Below, piece by piece: positions 55,450-64,000 of a DNA stretch of 64,000 nucleotides. Below the pieces are notes generated by a model. The model worked only from the letters and a program-made list of their open reading frames with translations, had not been told where the DNA came from and searched no databases. The position numbers were made by a program, and so were the translations under genes. Origin of the DNA: Vicugna vicugna (lineage: Eukaryota); NCBI GenBank assembly GCA_013265495.1, contig MU057701.1, forward strand, positions 310,001 to 374,000. Direction: 5' to 3'. The stretch's first letter is position 1. Each line of letters starts with the position of its first letter.

Positions 55450-56130
55450 ATTGCTAAATAATACATGCTGATGAGGATGTGGAGAAATTGGAACTCTTGT
55501 ACACTGTAGGTGGAAGCGTAAAATGATATGTAAAACGCTATGGAAAATAATATGGCAGTTTCTAAAAAAAATTAAGCACAGAATTAACATATGATGCAGC
55601 AATTCCACTTCTGGATATATACCCAAAAGAACTGAAAGCAGGGACTCAAACGGATATTTACACACTCGTGTTCATAGCAGCATTAATCACAACAGCCAAA
55701 AGGAGGAAGCAACCCAAGTGTCCACCGACAGATGACCAAATCAACAAAATGTGGTCTCTACGTGCAATGGAATATTAGTCATTCTTAAAAGAAAGGAACT
55801 CTAACACATGCTACAGCATGGGTGAACCCTCAGGACAGAGGTGAAATAAGCCAGTTACAAAAGGACCGATACTGTGTGATCCCGCTTACATGAGGTCCTT
55901 AGAGTAGTCAGATTCACAGGGACAGACAGTAGAATGGTGGTTGTTAGGAGCTGGGGGGAGTGGGGAATGGAGAGCTTTTGTTTCATGAGGACAGAGTGTC
56001 AGTTTTACAAGATGAAAAGAGTTCTAGAGACAGAGGGTAGTGACGGTCACAACAATACGAATGTAGCTAATACCAGTGAATCGTGGCATTTTATAAACAC
56101 ATAAAAATGGTTAACATGGTAATTCTATTA
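55450..56130 (+). mobile_element. L1MA/L1MB-like 3' end
   Basis: gaggatgtggagaaattggaactc..cagcaattccacttctggatatatacccaaaagaactgaaagcaggg..caagatgaaaagagttctagag. Confidence 0.85.
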
Positions 56131-56149
56131 AAATTTCTTAAACATTATT

Positions 56150-56660
56150 GCTGGAACCAACCTTGGTGATTATCTGCTCCAAGGTCCCACTCAATACAAA
56201 GACCCTCCCTTGAAGCAGGGCCACCTGGCCTCTCGCTGACCAAAGCAGACACAGCTGATTCCACGAGGAAGCCTACACAGTCTTTTGTACAACGCTTTTC
56301 CCCATGCTCTTTCTTGTAGTAACATATCTCTTCCCTCATCCTATGACAAGTCTCCAAATATCTACATTCAGTTTTAATGTTGATTCTTAGTCCTCCCTTC
56401 TCTAGGCCAAACAATCCTAGTTCTTTCAACCACTTCTGACTCCATGTGGCAGTTTCTAGACCACTAACTATGCTAGGTCTCCCCTTGGTGCTTCCTAGTT
56501 TACTAGTAATATTCCTTCTAAAATGCACACCCAAATTCTGCATGATCTAAAACACACGGAATAGGGGAGCTATTTTTTTCCCCATGATCTAGAAATTGTT
56601 TTAGCCTTACTACTGTACACTACCATGAAACCTAAGATTTTACTGGGCTCTTTCGGCAGT
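56150..56660 (-). mobile_element. CR1/L3 LINE ORF2 C-terminal remnant
   Basis: Translates WLKELGLFGLEKGGLR..RYLETCH, like the CR1 motif RLKELGLFSLEKRRLRGD..KYLKG. Confidence 0.75.
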
Positions 56661-56821
56661 CATATTATAGTGTTGCTTTACTTATTTAAATGCACAAATT
56701 TTACAGCAACTAATTACAAGAAGACAATTTAAAAGAGCTGTTGGTAACTATTCACTTAGGAAAGTCTATAGATGAAAAATAAGCTATGCCTTTAAAAATG
56801 CATTTAAACAGGATTCACTTG

Positions 56822-56921
56822 TGACAATGAATGTTCATGTATAACTAAAAAATTGTGCTCTACACTGGAATTTGACACATTGTAAAATGACTATAACTCA
56901 ATAAAAAAAGTTTAAAAAAAA
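56822..56921 (+). mobile_element. Young, severely 5'-truncated L1 3' end with 17-bp TSD
   Basis: ..tgtgctctacactggaatttgacacattgtaaaatgactataactcaataaaaaaag.. flanked by taaacag(g/a)attcacttg at 56805-56821 and 56922-56938. Confidence 0.85.
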
Positions 56922-57294
56922 TAAACAGAATTCACTTGACAGGTACAAGTTTTTTAAAATCTTTATGAACAAATTAGTTCTCAGATATATTATAACAACA
57001 ATAGGTGCTGTATGCCACTGTCATTGTAACTATAGCGTACAGATATTGTGTATGGCGTTCACATAATTACAGTCATTGAAAAAGTCCATTTGTTCATACA
57101 CCTCTTATTTGGATATAAAAATTTAATAAACATGTAAATGAGCTTGACCTTTAATTGCCAAATCTGGCATTAAAGTACTTGGTATGAAATGAATATATAA
57201 TTGCTTGTTCAGGAAGGAGATCTTGAAAACTGAAAATCAAATGTGTACACCCTTTAGGATTTAAGCATCTGAATAACTCAATTCATTTTAATTA

Positions 57295-57513
<219 letters not shown>

Positions 57514-58559
57514 TTAAAGTTATACAAGGGTTTGGAGAAAAGAATACAGTAACTGAAATGGATGTACAAAGGATTCCATTTTAGCAAATATCATTTTAAA
57601 ATTACTTCTAAATAGGAATAATGTTTTGCTGATATGAACACAGGGTGAATAAAATAATTTTATTTACATTTCAAGCAGTGAATTTCTACAATAATGTACC
57701 CAGTGAAAACATGAAAATCAGAGACAATGTAACTGGCAGCTGGCAACTGGCACCCACCCTTCACTTAGCCTCCATTCTTACATGGGGACAGGCTCAAGTT
57801 CCTGTGTAAAGAGAAGGGCATGCAACTGGCAACCCCATCTAGGGAAACAGGGAAACAAATCCCCACATTCCCAGTATTTCTCAGTCCACTCTCTGCAGTT
57901 CAGGATAATGAAACTAACCAACCAACCAGAAGATCACTAGAGTCAGTGCCACCACTAAGTCCCAGCAGAACAAGGTCTATCACTGCACCCTCTCCCCATC
58001 AGTGTAACTAAACAGAGCAGCCAACAGCGGGCATCAAACCATAGCTGGGATCAGGACAAATCTGGATTGGAGAGACAGACTTTCAGAATTCACTGCCTTC
58101 TAGTGGTACAACTCTGCCCTAGCCATTTCATTAACCCTGCAATAAAGTAACACCGTATCTCACCCATTTGAATTTTTTGGACCCCACTTACTGGATTATA
58201 AAATAGGGCATTCTGTGTAGTTCAATCTAGTTTAATTCAATGAATTGAGCAAACAGTTTCAATGCCTAGCACAGCAGGGGATAAAATGATTAACAAAACA
58301 TGTTTGCCTGCTAAGAGATTACTGTATATTAGGAAAACAGATTCCTAATTTTTAAAAATACATGTAAGACAAGCTCAATAGAGGGTCAGGCAAGAGTCGA
58401 GGGGCAGAGAGAGGAAGGAGAAATTTTTTTCAATGTAATTTAAATATACTATTTATTTAATATTTGTTAGTAATACTATCTACTTAAATTATAATACAAA
58501 AATCTGACAGTTTTATTCCTTTTAAGAACTTAAGGGTCACTGGCTAGCATGCTATGTGG

Positions 58560-60650
58560 GGAGGATCAGAGTGGGACAGTGGGTGAAGAGAGTAGTCTCC
58601 TTTTCCTGCACAGGGAAGCTGATCCAGTGAGCTTGGCAGCAGAGTGACAGCTGTCATGTTCCCCACATTCCTCGGACAGAAGACTCATTCCAGGTAGACT
58701 GAGCAGCCAGTGAACATCAAGAGATCCCCACCTCCCCAGCTCTAGGTTGCAAAAGATCCACACTGGATGGTACGGCAGCTGGATGGGAGCACAGATTGTA
58801 CGCACATATACCACACACACAGAGCTCTTGTTCCACAAGGGTGAAGACAGCCAGGGAAGAGCGAGCTCCACATCCTCCCACGGCAGCTGCTCCGAAGTTC
58901 TGCCCAGGGCACGGCCAGAGCAGACCTCACAAATCAGCAACGCTCTGCCTCTGCAAAGGGCCCAACTTCAGCTGGATTACACCCTGGAATAGTTTATGCC
59001 CCAGGGAGATGAAAAGTAAAATAGCAGAAATGAAAAATTCCCTAGAAGGCCTCAACGAAAGATTTGAGCTGGCAGGAAAACAAATCAGCAAACACGGAAG
59101 TAGAGAGTATGCAATCTAAAGAACAGAAGGGAAAACAATGAACAAGGCCTCAGAGAAATGTGCAACCCCAGTAAGCTAAAATTTTTCCAAATTTGATGAA
59201 AAGCTTTATGTATCAAGCTCATCAAACAAGTAAGATAAATGCAAGGAGGTCCACAGCCAGACACATCATAGTCAACGAGGTGGACGCCAAAGACAAAAGT
59301 AAAATCTTAAAAACAGCAACAAAAAAACAACTCATCATTTACAAAAGAATCCCAGTAAGAGTAACAGATGACTTCTCACCGGAAACAATGAAGGCAATAA
59401 AGCAGTAGGAAGGCATATACTACTGTGCTAAGAGAAATAATTCAAGCAATAATCTAATATCCAGCAAAACTACTTTTCAAAAATGAGGGCAAAATAAAGA
59501 CATTCCCAGAGAAACAAAAACCGAAAGAAATCCTTACTAGCAGACCTGCCGTAAAAGAAACACCTTAAAAGAAGTTCTTCCGGCTAAAAGCAAGTGACAC
59601 CTGACAGTAATGCAAATCCACACAAACAAAGCATACTGCTAAAGGTAATTATGTGGTTAATTATAAAAGACAGTATAGTAGTATGTTTATTCTCCTTTCT
59701 CCTCTTAACTGATTTAAACAGTTACTGCATAAAACAACATGCAGTATAATAGTACTGTTAGACTATAATATATAAATATGTAATATATCTGACGATAACA
59801 GCACAAAGGCAAGTGGAAACTGACATAAGATGGTAATTTGAATCCAAAGAAAAAGAGAACCAGAAATAGTGAATAAGAAGGTTAACACAGCAATCTCTAT
59901 AAAGATGTACTTCCCCTCTTCTTCTCTCAGAATCCTTAAAGGGCATAAAATCACATAAAGCAGTAATTATAACAATGTGCTGCTGAGTCATAATACACGT
60001 AGGCATAATATGAATAACAGTAACAGCACCTGCAAAGGAGAGAGGGACACGAGATAGGTAGGAGCAACGCTGGAATTAAGTCAGCGTCAAGCTGAAGCAG
60101 GTTCTGGTAAGATTTATACAGTAGGCTCTGGAGGAATCACTAAGAAAACAACTCAAAAAATATAGTTAAACAATTATTAAATAACTAAAAAGTGACACTA
60201 GAAAAGATGCACTTAATGCAAACAGCAGCAAAGGAGAAACAAACGATCAAAGAAACATACGACATAGAAAACAAAAAGCAAAAGAGAGGTAAATCCAACC
60301 ACATCAATAAGAACATTAAACGTGAATGAATTCAACCATCCAATCAAAAGGCAGTTATTTTTCAATTAGATTTAAAATAAAAAATCTAAAAACAAGATGC
60401 AGTGATACGGTCTATAGGCGATACACTTTGGATTCAAGGGAACAAAGAGGATGAAGATGGAAGGATGGGGAAAGATACACTGTGCAAACAGCAACCATCA
60501 GTTAGCTGGAACGGCCATACTGATATCAGACAAATTGACTTTAAAATGAAAAATATGTTGCTAGAGACAGAAGGACATTTTATAATGATAAAAAGATCAA
60601 TCCTCCAGGAGGATGTAACAATTAGAAACATATAAAACCACTAACTACAG
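58560..60650 (+). mobile_element. Old L1: probable 5' region, ORF1 remnant and start of ORF2
   Basis: ORF1-like MKSKIAEMKNSLEGLNERFE and RVTDDFSPETMKA; ORF2-like EGHFIMIKRSILQEDVTIRNI. The 5' boundary is uncertain. Confidence 0.8.
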
Positions 60651-62456
60651 AGTCCCAATCCATGTGAGGCAAAAGCAAGGCTCTCCTCCAGGCCACAGGC
60701 TCCACCAGCCTGACGGAGTTTTTGTTCATATCTGAACGACTCGGCCCACCCCTCGCCCATCATACTGCCTTATGGTTACTTGTTTCCATAGCTCCTCTCC
60801 TTTAGACCTATTTTCCCAAGGTTAAGAATCGTATCTTGGTGTTTAGCATTTTAATTCTCCTTTTTTCCTCCCAACTTGGCATTATATTGAAACCATTTCA
60901 TTATGGTGGGATATGAATTCAGTCAGAATGAGAGAAAAATAAAAAGAAGGATCTTTCTCACTCTCTTTCATCCTACCAGTTTAAGCATGTGAAAGAAGAC
61001 ACACGTTCAGGTGATAACACAATCACACGATAAAAAATTTTTTAATATTCCCTAAACAAAGCACAATTATACACAGCAAAACTGCTATCAGTATCTAGCT
61101 CTTTAATTTTACTTTTACTTTCATCCTGTTTTAAGTTCCTTGTAATGGTAACTGTGTTTAAGACTATATTATTTTCATAATAATGAAATCTCAAATCTCA
61201 CAATATCCTCCTAAATGTTAGTTAGAACCTTTATAAAAGAAGAAAACTCACTTTTCCCCTATTGATGTAACTGGTGCCACTTGCTCTGCTTGCTCTAGAA
61301 CACAAAACACATCTGAGTTTCACCTTTAAATGATATCCCCTCAAGAAAAGTCCAGGGCTTCTAAAAACATTTTACTGCCCAAACATGCCTACATTGGTAT
61401 TTAAAATTTGGAAAATCTTGCCTATAAACTCCGAGAGCTTCTACTCCCACCTCAAAGGACAGGATACCTATATCCCCTCCATCAGCTGCAGCCAACAGGG
61501 CTCAGCTTTGCCCCTTGAAGAAAGAGCCCCTGGGGCCATGTGTCTCACAGTTTTTGCGTTCAGTACCTCATAGGGCTGAAGAGAGTGAACAATCATGCTC
61601 TGGTGGTGAAGTTCGTGGTGGCTTAAAATTTCTCTAAAGTTACATGTCTCATATTTGAAGGTCACACAAATTTTATCTTGGAGGTTGTTAATATGAAACA
61701 TATTTTCCCCCAAAACTGATTCTGTAACACTGATCACCCAGGAAGATGTATCTCATTTATCCTACAGTTCCTTGGTTTCCTGGGAAACACATCATGCACC
61801 ATGAAGGAACAAGCAGCCCAGCTTGAGAAGCTGAGCCTCCAGTAAACGTTAACTCTGCCTCAGGATCAATGGCAGGGCTCAGCTCTGACGCCTGCCCAAG
61901 CCTCCCGGATTTCAGGCTTGTCTCTCCCCGTCCGCAGGCTCACCCCCACCACGGCTGGTATCCAAGTTTCCAGCCAGTGGGTTCCAACCTGAGTGCAAAT
62001 GTAATAAAGGAAACCCTAGACTTATCTGTCAATATTTCAAACATTTAAAGAAAAGTTTATCTTTTCCTAAAATTAAATGGCACAGACTAACTAAAATGTC
62101 AGGTTTCTTTGTTTTTGGCTAGGATTTTATCAAGTAGGTGCTGTCATTTTTCTTGCACTGACTTCTAACTACAGGCCTCTGGTCAATTTTTTTTATAAAG
62201 GAAAGATGAATTACTATTACATAATGAAAGCCATTTCTTTTGAAAATAAAATGAGTAAAGAATGGGAATCAAAGGAAGAGAGGGAGATGGAGATCCCAGA
62301 TAAGAACCATTCCACTACTGACCAACCATATACACCTTCTCCCCTGGGTTTCCTGAAATAAACAAACTTTAATATACCATTTTTACATAAATAAAGTCAA
62401 CACACAATAAAATATCAACCCCAAATTTTAAATAAACGCTTAACAAGACCAGACTA

Positions 62457-62690
<234 letters not shown>

Positions 62691-63339
62691 TCAACAAAAT
62701 TAACTTCACCCATAAGAAGAAAATTACCAGTCAATTCTAATGTTGCTTTATGCCTATGAGTAATTTTAACCTAAACATCTAATACCTATGATGCCAAGAT
62801 TTTCTCCAAAATTAACTATAGTAATAAAAGCACAGCAGGCTCCTGGTATACCACTGCTAAATGGGCTGATGTGGGGAAGGCATGGAGCCAGAATAGAGGA
62901 AAAAAAAAAGGCAGAAATGACAGCAGTTCAATATTAGATAGGAATCTTGCTCTATGAGATTTGCTAGCTAGCATGTTTTCTATACTAAAAATTTTTAATG
63001 CATATTTTTATTTATGTGGATCATATACATGCAGACACAAAGAGCTATAGATACTGAAAATACACACAACTGAAGGACATTCCAGTCTTCAACTGTAAAA
63101 TGAATACTCTCCACCAATGAAAATATATAGAGTACTTGATTCATCACCGACTGCAGCAAATTACTGGCAACAATAAAAGAGCAATCACATTTTGAGATAT
63201 TGATAAAAGCCACAGTTAAATCCAAATTTATTTTTATATCCATCTATCCTACTGCTTTCAGAGGAACCTAAAAATGATTTTCACTTGACTGCCATAATCA
63301 ATATTGTTAAATTATACTAAACTTTAAAAAATCTTAAGT

Positions 63340-63510
63340 TTTTGGTGGTGGCAGTGACTGGAAAGGAGTACAAAGGGGCTGGTAACATTCTGTTTCTCGG
63401 GCTGGATGTCAATTACAAGGGTATGTTCAGTTTGTGACTGTTCTCTGAGCTGTCACCATATTTTTACCTTTATAGATGCATACTATATTTAATAGAAAAC
63501 TTTAAAAACT
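63340..63510 (+). mobile_element. L1ME-like 3' terminus
   Basis: gggctggtaacattctgtttctc..ttacaagggtatgttcagtttgtg. Confidence 0.6.
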
Positions 63511-64000
63511 TTTTTACTAAGTTTCATGGTTTTTCCTTCCTTCTTCCTTCCCATCCTTCTTCTCTTTTAAGAAAGATTCCTTGTATAATACAGCCAGACA
63601 TAGATAAGTAAACCATTCTGTGGTTTGTCAGTCTGTTTGTTTATTACATCATGTAGCTTTATCCACACGTTATATATTTAGCCACAGAGAAATATGTTAT
63701 AGCTAGCAGAACCTAAAGTTTCGTTTCCAGAACTGCCCTATTGTGAAAAATTACAGCTCTGACTTTTGAAGTGTTCTTTAACAGACATAAAATTAAACCT
63801 AATTTGCAACACCAGGGACACCACATAACTCTGCTGGGAATAATCTGTCCCTAGAAACAGTGCCGTTTTGACTTCCTCCCACCAGACTACAGGAAGTGGG
63901 ACAGAGGGGGCAGTTCACACCCACTTGATGATAGCTTCATGGGAGCGGTAGTTCTCACACAGGAGGATCCTGCATGGGAACTCGGCAGGGTAATGCTCGT

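Noticed and set aside
56145..56543. 132-aa ORF on the gene strand
   Set aside because: CR1/L3 remnant; not needed for HELZ phase continuity.
58566..60635. Overlapping ORFs on both strands
   Set aside because: L1 5' region, ORF1 and ORF2 remnants.

Overview
Mammalian genomic DNA holding the 3' part of HELZ (helicase with zinc finger, UPF1-like SF1 RNA helicase) on the minus strand. I reconstructed 13 coding exons between 62649 and the TAA stop at 8179-8181. All have GT-AG boundaries with mutually consistent phases (3217 nt, about 1071 aa). They encode the C-terminal RecA-like helicase half, a PAM2 motif and a long Pro/Gln/Ser-rich tail. A ~7.7 kb 3'UTR runs to an AATAAA at 478-483, and the 5' part of the gene lies beyond the window. 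Introns carry ordinary eutherian repeats (L1, L2, CR1/L3, MIR, hAT/Tigger MERs, MaLR and ERV1 solo LTRs), with family names assigned from memory. No Alu, B1, Bov or PRE SINEs were seen, and the young L1 3' ends suggest a camelid or other cetartiodactyl (inference). I found no convincing new biological system. The best leads are post-transcriptional: (1) a perfect-consensus, in-frame alternative donor that could add 64 aa to the penultimate exon; (2) a perfect 16-bp hairpin within a hairpin cluster in the proximal 3'UTR; (3) a 22-nt intronic stretch complementary to U2 snRNA about 100 nt upstream of a 3' splice site.
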